This document shows positions 53,701 through 64,000 of a DNA stretch of 64,000 bases, in pieces; positions within the stretch are counted from its first letter, which is position 1; each line of letters starts with the position of its first letter. The notes beneath the pieces are model-generated. The model did not search any database. It saw only the letters and a list, made by a program, of their open reading frames with translations, and was not told the DNA's origin. Position numbers and translations under genes: made by a program. This stretch comes from Pelomyxa schiedti (taxonomy: Eukaryota; Protista; Evosea), in the NCBI GenBank assembly GCA_020536535.1, contig JAHLWZ010000386.1, forward strand, positions 1 through 64,000. Direction: 5' to 3'.

Positions 53701-54796
53701 TCTGCCAACGAAGCAGAGTAAATCACATTTCCAGGTGAGCTGAAGGTAACAATTCCATTTGCTCGTATTCTCACGCTATCAGGACTGAGAGTGGGGTCCC
53801 GAAATCTTTGGAAGTCATCTTCACTGTATGACTTGTAGACAGCATTTTGTTTGTTTACACGGGTGGTTTTGAAAGTGGTGTAGTGAGCACCGGCACAGTC
53901 TTCTTCAAGGGTCACATGCTCTCGGTGATCTTGCGGGAAAATTCGAGTTTGAAGAGCATTTACAACAGCCAGTTTGATGTTCAAATCTTTACAAACAATG
54001 AGACGGCTCACGGGGAGAAAACTTACCGTATTGTGTATCTTTTGGGTTTACCCAGACCTTAGGAATTTCACCGGACGAATTCTGCAAGAAGTAGAGTGGG
54101 TATCCAACTTGTGCGCCTTGGTGAACTAAATGTGGATTCTCCTTGCCAGTGCTACAGTCAGCGCCCTCTCCAATTTGTTCATTGGTAACCAGCAGTGAAA
54201 ACAAGTAGCTATCAGCATCTTCACGTAGGCATGTCTGTTGTTTGGTTTGCCAATTGCCGATGCGAACTAGAAATGCATATCATAATGATGGATAGACATA
54301 CAATATCAGCAACACCCTCCAGTGAAACTGGATCAATGTGGTATGCTTTCGCAGCAGGCACAACGCCACTCACACTCACACATCCAGTTATCGAATATGT
54401 GTACACATCACCAATGGTGTACTGCAATCCAGCAGTGAGTGACTGGGCTGAAGCCGTCCGCGTAGCCACGCACACTCCAGTACATCCACCCAACACCACC
54501 GCCATAAGAGTCCAAATGACAGCCAAAGTCCTCGTCCTCTGTTCATGAATCCGAACCCTCTGTCCCGGCCCACTCCCAAAGGCACCTCTCCTCCTGCAAC
54601 CTGAAGGTGGCACATCACTCAATGCAGCAGAATGCGGATCAGCGCGATGTGCCCAATCAAGATTTCTCCCCTCGTGAACGGCGCAGCTGTTCTGGCCGCG
54701 GCGAATGCAGAATTGGTCTCCGGGACCGCCAAGCCCCCCGCGATTCCGACGTCGGTGGCGATGTCGGTGTGAAAAGCCAAAGTGATCGGAGGTCAT
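50765..54796 (-). CDS. Secreted vitellogenin/MTP-like (large lipid-transfer module) protein, multi-exon; both ends uncertain
   Basis: Hydrophobic signal-like stretch followed by GDVYTYSITG, YPLYFLQNSSGEI and LNIKLAVVNALQT...LEEDCAG, resembling the Vitellogenin_N beta-barrel signature. Helical segments follow. Confidence 0.55.
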
Positions 54797-55149
54797 GTGG
54801 TGTGTGACTCCGGCGATGCGGGAGAGACTCTGGGCCTTAGGGAAAAACCCCGGCTGCGAAGACCACAGGGATCGCGGTCGCGAGCGAACTGTCGCCGAAC
54901 TTCCGCTTGTTTAATAAGCCTTTGTGTCTGTGTTTGTTTGTTTGTTTTGTTTTTGTTGTGTTGGTCTGGTGCTGTAACGATGCAATGAAAAATTGCCGAT
55001 GACGCGGTGTGTTTGATGTCGATAGGAAGATTACGAAAAATGGATTGAGGTGGAACGAAAAAAAAAACTTGGCAAGGATTGCGTGTCATGTATCGTGAAC
55101 GTGCCCTTTGAATAGATATTTGTTTTTTTTTTGGAAGACTTCCGATCGA

Positions 55150-55622
55150 CAAAAGGAGTTCTGTCTAGAGCTAAGGTAGTGGCCAAAAGAAGCCCACGGG
55201 GACCTGTTGCGGTGAGAACCTCCTGGAATGAACATAATCCTTGATTGAGGTGCTTCGGGGAATTAATAATTGGCTGAATATTGGACGTTTCAGTCAAAAA
55301 CCCGCCACACAAACAAAAAACGAGAACTATCATCAAAATCAAACGAAATGCACTGGGTGCGCCCAGTGGATAAACTTGTTTTTTGTTGGTTGTTTTTATT
55401 TTTCATTCATTATGCCGTTTTTTGACTGAAACGTCCAATAAAACAAACACCAGACCGCCGATCCTGAGCGATGATAACGAAAAGTACAGCCTTCCGGTCT
55501 GTTGATTATTTGATTCAGCCATTTTATTAATTCCAACGGACTGGGAATGGTGGGGAATTTCGCGAAGGTACCATTCTTCGTTGAAGGCCTGATCACAATT
55601 TTTGCCAATTTAAGCGGTTGGG
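55150..55622 (+). ncRNA. Candidate structured non-coding RNA or fold-back element of unknown class
   Basis: Perfect 22-bp inverted repeat 55279-55300/55419-55440, several further helices containing G-U pairs on the + strand, and AATTTTTG at 55597-55604 followed by a terminal hairpin. Confidence 0.45.
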
Positions 55623-55683
55623 TTACGGGTTGTACTACAACATAAAACCCCACAAAGCGAGACAAGCTAGCGCAACAACACAC

Positions 55684-56346
55684 ATGCTTCAGATACTTCC
55701 CATCAGCGAGACAACAGTGGACCACCACGAAGTGGCGCAGCTCATTCAAGTGGCCTTTGGAAACCACAACGCCATGGTCCACCAGATCCCCAACGCCGCC
55801 GCGCTCCTCGCCCTGCAGGTCGAGTGGGAGCTCCAGGATCCCACCTGTCGCGCCCTCTCCACCGTCGCCCTGGACGGCTCCAGGCTCGTGGGCGCTCGCA
55901 TCACCGTCGACAGGGCCATATCTCGGCACACCAGGCCGTGGCCCTGCCCAGTACCCATGGGCGACTGGGGCGAGTTCATGCCCACGTGGGACTCCCTGGA
56001 GGCCAAGGGAATCAAGGACCTGGGCGTCGCTGACCCGGAGCAGAACGGCGTCGTCGCCGACTTGTTCTGTGCTGGAGTCGACCAGGCCTACGCGTCGAGG
56101 GGCTTGTATCACAAGATGACGGTGGCGAGCTTGGAGGCGGCCAGGAAGATGGGATTCTCGCACGCGATCGTGCTGACCGCGAGCGCGTTCACGGCGAAGG
56201 CGTGTGGCGGGAGGCTGGGGTTCAGGCCTGCGGCTCGTATGAGCCTGGATGATTGGCGGAGGCCTGATGGGACAAAGTATGTCGTGGTGGAACCGCCCCA
56301 CAATGAGCTGATTGTTTGGGTGCGGGACCTGGAACACATGCAGTAA
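55684..56346 (+). CDS. GNAT-family N-acetyltransferase (arylalkylamine NAT-like), intronless
   Basis: Motif A-like AGVDQAYASRGLYHKM, ATSAF-like LTASAFTAK and RLGF, plus DGSRLVGARI. Confidence 0.8.
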   Translation: MLQILPISETTVDHHEVAQLIQVAFGNHNAMVHQIPNAAALLALQVEWELQDPTCRALSTVALDGSRLVGARITVDRAISRHTRPWPCPVPMGDWGEFMPTWDSLEAKGIKDLGVADPEQNGVVADLFCAGVDQAYASRGLYHKMTVASLEAARKMGFSHAIVLTASAFTAKACGGRLGFRPAARMSLDDWRRPDGTKYVVVEPPHNELIVWVRDLEHMQ

Positions 56347-56577
56347 TTCAAAGCCGGATGCAGGCAGTCTCGTAAATATGTACAGAGTGGTAAGAAAAAA
56401 GAAAATGTTTACTTGCATAGGCATTGTTGTTATTCCTATTATTCCTCTTATTCCCCAAAAAAATGATAAGTACTTGGGCATCAACTTTTCTCCTTCCCGT
56501 GTTTCTACAAACACACTACCTCACTAATATTCCGGGATAGAGTTTTGTGAATGCCACAATGTACGTACTGCTGCAGT

Positions 56578-59550
56578 TCAGAGGTACTTGCTAAATATTT
56601 CCAGGAATCCAAGCAAGGTGGACGTGAATAGTTCCAAGTCCTTCAGTGCCTTGCAGGTGAAGACAAGTGCCGAAAGCTGGTTGACCGTTGGTGGTGTGTG
56701 ACTCGTCGCACAAGTCTCCATTGCAGACACGCTGGCTTCATGTGCGGTCCATACCTGAGAATGCAACGCGGAGCTGTTGTGGTCCGTTGCGAACTGAGAC
56801 AATGACTGCCGTGGGAGAAACGTGAGGGCACCGATTACAAGCATCGCCTGTTTCGCGGAAGGCCTTTTGGTGTGGTCCCGTTCAAGAAGATATGAAGCCA
56901 GTGCGGACACTTCTGGATTGGCCTCTCTCCTTGGCGAAGGAACGGTGAAGGGTTCCGCTGACTTGGATAATAGAAGATTCAGGTCAATTTGATTGGCCCT
57001 GTAATACGGGTGCTGTCCACTGACGGCCTCATAGAGAACGCAGCCAGCGGCCCAAACATCATTCTTTCCAAGCATGTACTTGCATGATCCTGAAGGCAAG
57101 CGCTGTGGAGTGTGACACTCTGGGGCCCGGTTCATTGCGTTTCCTGAAAAGGACTCACCAAGGGGAATTAAGAATTCCCCGTTGCGAGGGGAGAAGAGGG
57201 ACGTTCCGAAGTCACATAGTGCCCAAATTTGCCCAGTCATACCAGGTCGTTCCAGTGCAAGAACATTGTCAAGTTTGATATCGCAGTGGAGCCAGCCTTT
57301 GGAATTCAGGTGGCTACAGGCACAGAGCAAACAAAAGGAAGCCTGCAGTAGATCAGAACGGCTCAGTGGGGGTACTCCTTGTTGTGCACCAGATCTGTCG
57401 AATGTCTGTGCCACTACAGACTGAAGGGTGTATTTTCCAAGCTCCATGGTAATATAAGTGGTTCTGCTGAAAACTGGTGCCTCCTCTGGAACACTGCGGT
57501 ATGTGGGATCAACATACTTCATGTCTTCTTTCACGAGGACATAATGGTGTTTGCCTGGGATGAGGCTCAACTTTGTGTCAGCTCTGAAAATGCTGAAGAT
57601 GTTGCAGAAACACCAGTGTGGGGAGATGAGGCCAACCTCTGCCTCTCTATCAAAGAAGGCCCTCTGTTGCTTGGTCTGTATTCCAGCAGAATAATTGAGC
57701 ATCATCTTGAGAGCCACCCTCATCCCAGTCGCCACCGGCTGTGGTGTCAGTGACATCGCACTATTGACCTGCGGCAGGACAGCCACGCTATTGACATACC
57801 CGTTTGACCCACCGCCCAGCGGTATTGCTGAACCCAGGTCCAGCCTGTTGAGATCAACGAGTGCCATTTCCCCACCGCGGAACCGGCAGAAGGCACCCTT
57901 AAATTTCTTACCACTGACAAGAAGTAACTTACTCTCAGTTTCCCGTAACCTCTGCTTCAAGTGCCGTTTTTGTAGCCTCAATTCTTTTTGATATTAGCTT
58001 AGTATAGAAAGGTAATGATACCAGCATTGGTCGTAGAAAAATTGCTTGTTGTGACGGATAAAGTTCCTGTTCCTGAATTGACTTAGTTGATTTAGTATTT
58101 GTTCCTTCCCCAACCTGCAACGTTCAGGTCTGTCAAAGGAAAAGGGTAAAATGAGGGGTCTCCAGTAGGGTTTGGTACCCCAATTCCTGCAAGCACGACA
58201 GCTGCCTCCAATAGAGGCATCCTTTTTTCTGCGTCAAACTGAAGCAAAGCACGAACCAGGTTGCAGAACGCCCTTGGGAACGCTGTTGATTTCATGGGGA
58301 ACAGCTCCTCACTATCGAATGAAAACGTGATGTGCCCACTGGGGCCGTAACCACCAGGGTATCCAGGAAGTGGATGCTTTCCACACATCGCCAGTTCAAA
58401 CAAAATGCATCCAAGTTCAAAGGACGGTTGCTGTTTGCATGGGGTAAGCATACAAGATACTATTCCTCTTTTGCATAAAGCGGACCTTGTCATAGTGTAA
58501 CGTTGAATGGCCAGGGTTCTGTCCGTATTGTACAATTCCATTGATGATCTCCGGTGCTCTGTGGGCTTGATTTCCCAGGGCGTGCATGAGATCCCTAGCT
58601 TCTCCCTCAAATAGCTTATTTTTTGTTGCTGGGAATTTCCTGGCACAACCAAGATCAGCCAAAATTGCCTGATCTTTATTCTGTTTTTCGAAAAAAATAT
58701 TTCAGATAACAGCATGTTGAGTGAGACAACACACATAAGAGATGACAATGTTATCCAATGAAACATCAAAGTGAAGTGTTTGATTCACAAAAAGATGAAC
58801 AAGGGCAGCGCATATATCCCTTGAATATTTGTGAACAATGGGCCACGGAGTAGTCTGGAAAGTGGTGCCGAGGGCGCCCAGAAACTGCTTGAGTGTCTCA
58901 GAGTGATGCGCCAGCACAACCCAAACACTAGCATGCATCCTCTTCTGCGCTGCGTCATATGCCAACTCCTTTGCCACAGCAGGGAGGTGGTCGTAATACT
59001 CTTGTGGGATGCGATCAGTGAAGTGACAGAAATATTGAATGACGTTCGGGTGTGGTTCCAACGTAGAACAGATGAGGTATTCGTTCTTCAAGAGAATAGC
59101 GGAACTTGGTCAAATGAAGAGGGCTTACGGCAAGATAGATACCTCAAAGGCATTTAGTACACTCTCTGTGCGTAATCCGTAGTTATAAGGCATCTTTAGG
59201 GCATAAGACTGGTCCCTGAACAATGCAGGGTGTCCATCCCCAATGCACTTGACCTCATACACAATCCCTGGTCATCCATAAAAGTGGTGGCAATAGCAAA
59301 AAGCGATACCGTTGCAGCCATTAACGATCGGTCTTACGAGCTTGAAGTTCTTGGCAACTATGAGGCTGCCCGATGCACGTTGCACGTCGTTTAAGTAGCC
59401 AGACGGCACCATCGTACGGAAGAAGGCTGCTCGCTCCTTAGTCGCGCTTTGCAGTGCCTCGTTGTCCCACAGATGTAATGTTTGGTGCACCTCTCGGTGA
59501 AGTAGTTGTCGAGCTTGTGGTGGCGAAGGATGTGTTTCTGCGCCACCCAT
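56578..59550 (-). CDS. Tandem two-kinase-domain protein (N-terminal domain paralogous to the 45-48 kb kinase; C-terminal domain canonical)
   Basis: Domain 1: GCNG, YALK, HFDVSLDN, DLG, RAPE. Domain 2: GGGSNG, VALK, HCDIKLDN, DFG, RAPE, NDVWAAG. Confidence 0.8.
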
Positions 59551-59744
59551 TGTCTTGGTTCCGTATTGTGGCCGTCGATCAGGTTTTCGCAGAAAGTGGT
59601 GAAAGGAAGCCTTTCAGACTCTGCGAGGCTGCCGTGGTAAAGGGGCGGAAACGATTGAGCTGCAATTCACTCTTAGTGTGGCTGTAATTGGTTTCTTACT
59701 CTACAAGAAAAAAGTGTAAGGAAACCATTCGTTTCTCCGAGGCA

Positions 59745-60602
59745 ATGCACGAAGAAGACAGGGCCAAGGGTGTGTTGCTCGGGTTGGCGGCCGGTGACAA
59801 GAACGGCGGCCCAGTGAGAATGGCGGTGAGGGTAGCTGAGTCCCTGGCCGCGTGCGGCCGCTTCGACCGCGACGACGTTGTTCGGCGTTACCACGCGTGG
59901 TTCAAGGGGCCCCCACACGACCCCGAGAAGTGCTTCGACACGGGCCCCACCTTCTCCTCCGTCTTCGCCCGCTTCGACCGCGGCGGCTGCACCATCGACG
60001 ACGCCTCGCGCGCCGCGTTCGCCGCCCGCCCCGCGCCGGGCGTCAACCCCGCCCACCGCGCCACGCCCCTGGGCGCCGCCGTCCGCCTGCTCCCCGCCGA
60101 CGCCGCCGTCGCCGAGTGCGCCCGCTCCGAGGCCCAGCTGACCCACATGCACCCCGACAGCGCCGCCGTCTCCGCCGCCTCGTGCCACCTCGTGCGCCTG
60201 CTGGTCCGCGGGCGCCCCTGGGCCGACGCCGCCGCGGACCCCCTGGTGCTCTCGGGCCTCCCGCGGCCCATGGGCGAGGGCTTCGTCCCGCGCGACATCC
60301 CGCTGGGCACCCGCGAGGCCGAGCGCTACCTGTCGCGGGACGGGGCCGCCCGCGCCGTCTTCTGCGCGGCCGTGCACTTTGTGGCGGCGGCGGAGGGCCC
60401 CAGGGAGGCCATCGAGGCCTCGCTGGCGTTCGCGGGGCCTGTGAATTACTGCCCGGTGCTGGTGGGCGCCTTTTCTGGAGCGAGGTGGGGCAGGGAGGCT
60501 ATTTTGTCAGAGGTGGCAAAGATTCACTTTGAGACTGTGGAACCTGAGCTTATCACCAGGATCGAGGCTGCGAATAGGGCACTATGGGGTGGTGGAGTGT
60601 AG
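59745..60602 (+). CDS. ADP-ribosylglycohydrolase (ARH/DraG)-fold protein, intronless, catalytic Asp motifs absent
   Basis: DRAKGVLLGLAAGD, MAVRVAESL, FDTGPT, GVNPAHRATPL, EAQLTH and VGAFSGARWG. Confidence 0.85.
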   Translation: MHEEDRAKGVLLGLAAGDKNGGPVRMAVRVAESLAACGRFDRDDVVRRYHAWFKGPPHDPEKCFDTGPTFSSVFARFDRGGCTIDDASRAAFAARPAPGVNPAHRATPLGAAVRLLPADAAVAECARSEAQLTHMHPDSAAVSAASCHLVRLLVRGRPWADAAADPLVLSGLPRPMGEGFVPRDIPLGTREAERYLSRDGAARAVFCAAVHFVAAAEGPREAIEASLAFAGPVNYCPVLVGAFSGARWGREAILSEVAKIHFETVEPELITRIEAANRALWGGGV

Positions 60603-60763
60603 TGATTCACTTGTAAGAGAGTAGTGCCTGTAAAAAAACTTCTTCCTTTCTATCTTATTTGATTTCTTGTCCAGTTGCCTTCTTTTTAGCGTTACTACTC
60701 TTTTGAAAATGAGGGTAATTTTTTTTATTGGCCCTTTGTTTGCAGTGTGAAGTGGGCACAAAG

Positions 60764-62174
60764 TCAGTAGAAAATTGTTGAGGTCCTGTGATGTGGTGCA
60801 AGGGTGGATAGATTGCTCTCAGCATGCTGCCACAGCAGCCAATCAACAACATGAGGTGGTACGGAAACACTGTATTTCTCAGACAGAAGTTGTGACAGGT
60901 CTTCCACAGCCTGCACACTCCCAGCCCTGATTTCAATTTCCTCTTCACTACCACTGGGTATTTCAACCTGTGAAATGTGTTACTCAGACTGTGAATTCTT
61001 GGGAAGCTGATACCACGTGCGTTAATTTATTTAGCAACTCTTCTGAGTATTGTAAAATCCCAACTGACTGGAGGATTTGTGGCACTCCTTAAAAAGAAGT
61101 TAGCGTGAATAAATAAAGCGGTACTATACTATAGTCTGGAAACATTGTAAGGCGAGATATATCCGAGAAGTGGCCCAACCTTTGCCCTGAAAATGCACCC
61201 CAAATATCCCCCACTAAGATTTGGGCTCGCTTGTAAAAGAAGACCTGGGTTCCACGGTAAATTGTATGGTCTCTGAAGCCTGGCAGGTGTGCAGTAATGA
61301 TTTCCACTAGCTTGGAAGCGCTTCCACTGGCTTCCATTATCATTGCTGAAGCCACCCTATTGTGTGAGCATTTACCCTTGTATTGGCACCAGCAATCCCC
61401 CAATTCTCGCAGTAATCTTGCTCTCTCCCCAAGGTTGTGAGGTTTAGGTACGCCCTGTGGAAGACTTGAAAACCAGTGCTCTCTCAATTCGTTTTCGTCA
61501 ACAGCTGCAAGATGATCAGGATCAATGAAGCTACGGTCTCTCAACATAGTCCTCTTCACAGAATCCGCCTAATTAAAGTTAATTCCTGCAGACTAAGCCA
61601 ACACATGCAACACTGTGTGTACATAGTTCATTATTGACCCAAGTCCCACAATGATAAACAACGAGAATCACCGAACATAGAAAAGCAAGACCCATAATTG
61701 AGAACACACCAGGTGCACATACTCAAACGCCGGCGACGGCCAGAAGCAGAAATTGAGAGTATCAACCACCATCACGTATCTCGCCATGGCCTCGTCCACG
61801 TCTTCCGCTGCGGTGGCTGTCCCACAATTGCGACCCCCGCCGCCGCCGTTCGACCCTCTCAGTTCCGCCCACGTCAGGTGGCCGTCCGAGGTGCCCCACA
61901 TCGCGCGTATCAGGTCGTCCACGGCGGTCTGCTGATTATGGGAGGAGGAGGCGAGGGCGGCATCGGCAGGGTGCGCCGAGTCCGACGCACAACCACCAAG
62001 TAGGCTGGCCCCGATTTTTTCGACGAGCGCCGCGGCAGACGAGGTCAGGGACGAGTGCGGCGATGAAGCGCTGGGCACACGGACAGCAACGTGTCTGGCC
62101 GACTGCATCACGAATCGTGCAGTACGACGTACTTCGTCGCAAGGCGACGGCCTTGCTCTCGGCGGGAAATCCAT
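60764..62174 (-). CDS. QNG1: Queuosine salvage protein / queuosine 5'-phosphate N-glycosylase (DUF2419), multi-exon
   Basis: VDTLNFCFW, ERARLLRE, FRD...VFFYKRAQILVGDIW, LTMFPDYRVPQIL, EIEIRAGSVQAV and DWLLW...PHHRTSTIFY*. Confidence 0.93.
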
Positions 62175-62229
62175 GGTTATCAAACCCAAACTTACAATCT
62201 TACACTCATTCAGTGAGTTGTCCATAATT

Positions 62230-63863
62230 CATTTGGGAGACTGTGTTGTTACCATTTGGGCACGTGCTTCCAACAACACCAGTAGGACGCAGGCCCAAGA
62301 AACAGGTAAAAGGCGGGTGAATATGTTTGGTGCTGGAATTCACAACCTACATCACATGGAAGGTCTCATCCACCCACTCTGCAACTTCAATGTTGCCCCA
62401 ACTGAGTGCAGACACAAGTGATTTGATGATGTCACTTTGTGATAGGGACACCTTCGTTGACAGCCACTTGGCAAGTGTGGATCCTCTTTTTCTTGATGTT
62501 GAACACGCTGATGCAAAGGTTGCTGCTGTTGGTGTGAAGCTCTGTTCTGTGACAAGCCACTGAGTGAATTCCACGTCTCCAGTGTTTCTGCATACATGGT
62601 TGAGGTCCACTTCATCCAGTGAAGATGGAAAAGTTGTTAGCAACCACTTGGCAACATCTATGTTGTACAAATCTGGTAGTGCCCAGAAATTGGGGGAAAG
62701 AACATGTTCAAATATTTGGCAATCTTTCACAGTGCTGTGCTTGTTTGTCACAAGCGCCAATTCTGTTGTGAACTGTTGGCACCAACTGGAAAGTTATCCA
62801 GGCACCACTTAAAGTTGAAGGGGGAGGTTCCTGAAGCACACATGTTATAAAGGCCAAAAAACTCTGCTTCACCCAATTCCCATTCAAACCCAAACCTGTC
62901 AAACAGCCACTTTACAACTTCTATCTTCCCATCATACATACACCAGCTCATTGGATCATACATTACCCACAATACCTCGTCAGAATCTAGACCAAGCACA
63001 CTCACCATCCACATGACAGCATCAACCCCCCCTGCACAACACACACTCCTAACACAGCTTGAATTCCCACACGATGTCCTTGCATATTCAATCACATTTT
63101 CCCTCAGGCCAGCCACACCACTCTCAGTGCGGCAGGCAGCCTGCCGCCCCACAATGTGGCGCCCATCCCACAATTGCGGAAGTGTGTATCTGGTGTTGCT
63201 CCCTTCAGCCTCTGCACCACTGCTATTAGCACCACCAAACAGGGAAGTGGCCAGTCCCACGTGGCCACCAACCAGCAACCCAACCACAGTCGCACTCACT
63301 TCCTTCACCACAACACCACAACCACCCTTAACACCAACCTCCAGCTTCTGACACTGCTCTTCCCTTCTTCTGATCCCTTCACTGGCACTGCTGTTTGTCG
63401 TTGTCATCGCGTTTTCTTCTTCTGATGTTGTTGTTGGCCGCGCACCCGTTTGTTGGAGCAGTGTAGAATACCCACAATCTGAGGAGACAAAGCCGTCGTT
63501 GAGCCGGCCACTGTGCCTGTTGTTGAGGATCCACGCCACGCACGACGGCGCTGGACCGCTCGCTGCACTTCTAATTGCACCGTAGCTGAGGACGTACTTC
63601 TCAAAGCCAAGAGGGAACGTGAGTACCCTGCGGCACGATGGGGAACATCGCCTCGGCCGCCCGAAACAAGTCGAGGTAGCGGTGCCTGTTGGGATCCGTA
63701 CTTTATGTTCCCCTGTGAGTCGCCGTGCCCGTCGAGCAGCCCTGGTGACACTACGTGGTGCCAAACAACTCGCGACACAACGAGAACCCTGTCGATGTTG
63801 GCAGCCCGATCGGGATGGTGGTCGAGAGCGCGCAAATGGAGGCAGTGTGCCACCGTGGGGCAT
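62230..63863 (-). pseudogene. Probable pseudogene of a lineage-specific ankyrin-like helical-repeat family
   Basis: Family-like segments (SRVVWHHVV; FRAAEAMFPIV; SCVAWIL; GKIEVVKWL; TGDVEFTQWLV; LSWGNIEVAEW) lie in different frames with no obvious splice sites, and there is an in-frame TAG after FHVM at 62347. Confidence 0.55.
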
Positions 63864-64000
63864 CAGATGTCATTGTCGGAAATCAATACTTCCTTGAATG
63901 AACCACTCCGAAAACGAACCGTTGCGCACAGTGCTGTGGCTGCCGTAACCTTCACATAACTGCCCATTGAACATTTTTTTTCTGTGGCGCAACGTAGATG

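Noticed and set aside
55155-55223. tRNA-like cloverleaf
   Set aside because: No TTCRA T-loop, a bulged acceptor stem and irregular arm lengths. Kept only as part of the larger structured element.
55620-55662. U2-like TCGCTT...GTAGTA on the minus strand
   Set aside because: Lacks the GCUAAGAUCA U6-pairing sequence and stem I; probably chance.
60900-60970. Apparent frameshift in the QNG1 last exon
   Set aside because: Careful reading gives a continuous EIEIRAGSVQAVEDL frame; the listed ORF 60655-60966 is a shadow frame.
55684-62174. Operon-like prokaryotic island or contamination (GNAT, ARH, QNG1)
   Set aside because: Mixed strands and interleaved with intron-containing eukaryotic genes; there is no evidence of co-transfer or shared function.

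Overview
Gene-dense, intron-rich eukaryotic (protist) nuclear DNA using the standard code. Most introns are short (about 30-110 nt) and GT-AG, with at least two GC-AG. The lineage-specific families (kinase-Sel1 proteins, 'DQFIAL' hypotheticals, an ankyrin-like family) resemble the archamoeba Pelomyxa; this is inferred from memory, not from a search. About 22 genes were reconstructed by hand. Core genes: Aquarius helicase, condensin CAP-G, P5B ATPase, OSCA/TMEM63 channel, eL29, DENN-WD40 protein, RRM protein, QNG1 and a Ras-like GTPase. Prokaryote-like enzymes: an AlkZ-type HTH_42 glycosylase, a PSD-A phosphatidylserine decarboxylase and a degenerate ADP-ribosylglycohydrolase, plus a GNAT. Also present: a vitellogenin/MTP-like lipid-transfer protein, two paralogous kinase modules with different C-termini, and a probable pseudogene. 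The best leads are (1) a ~480-nt highly structured non-coding element at 55.15-55.62 kb with alternative pairings and a Sm-site-like 3' end, upstream of the GNAT gene; (2) CAP-G spliced in frame to a tandem BRCT module, with a stop codon inside the splice donor; (3) the eukaryotic AlkZ-like glycosylase; and (4) the vitellogenin/MTP-like protein in a protist. Exon boundaries were read by eye and are approximate unless stated.
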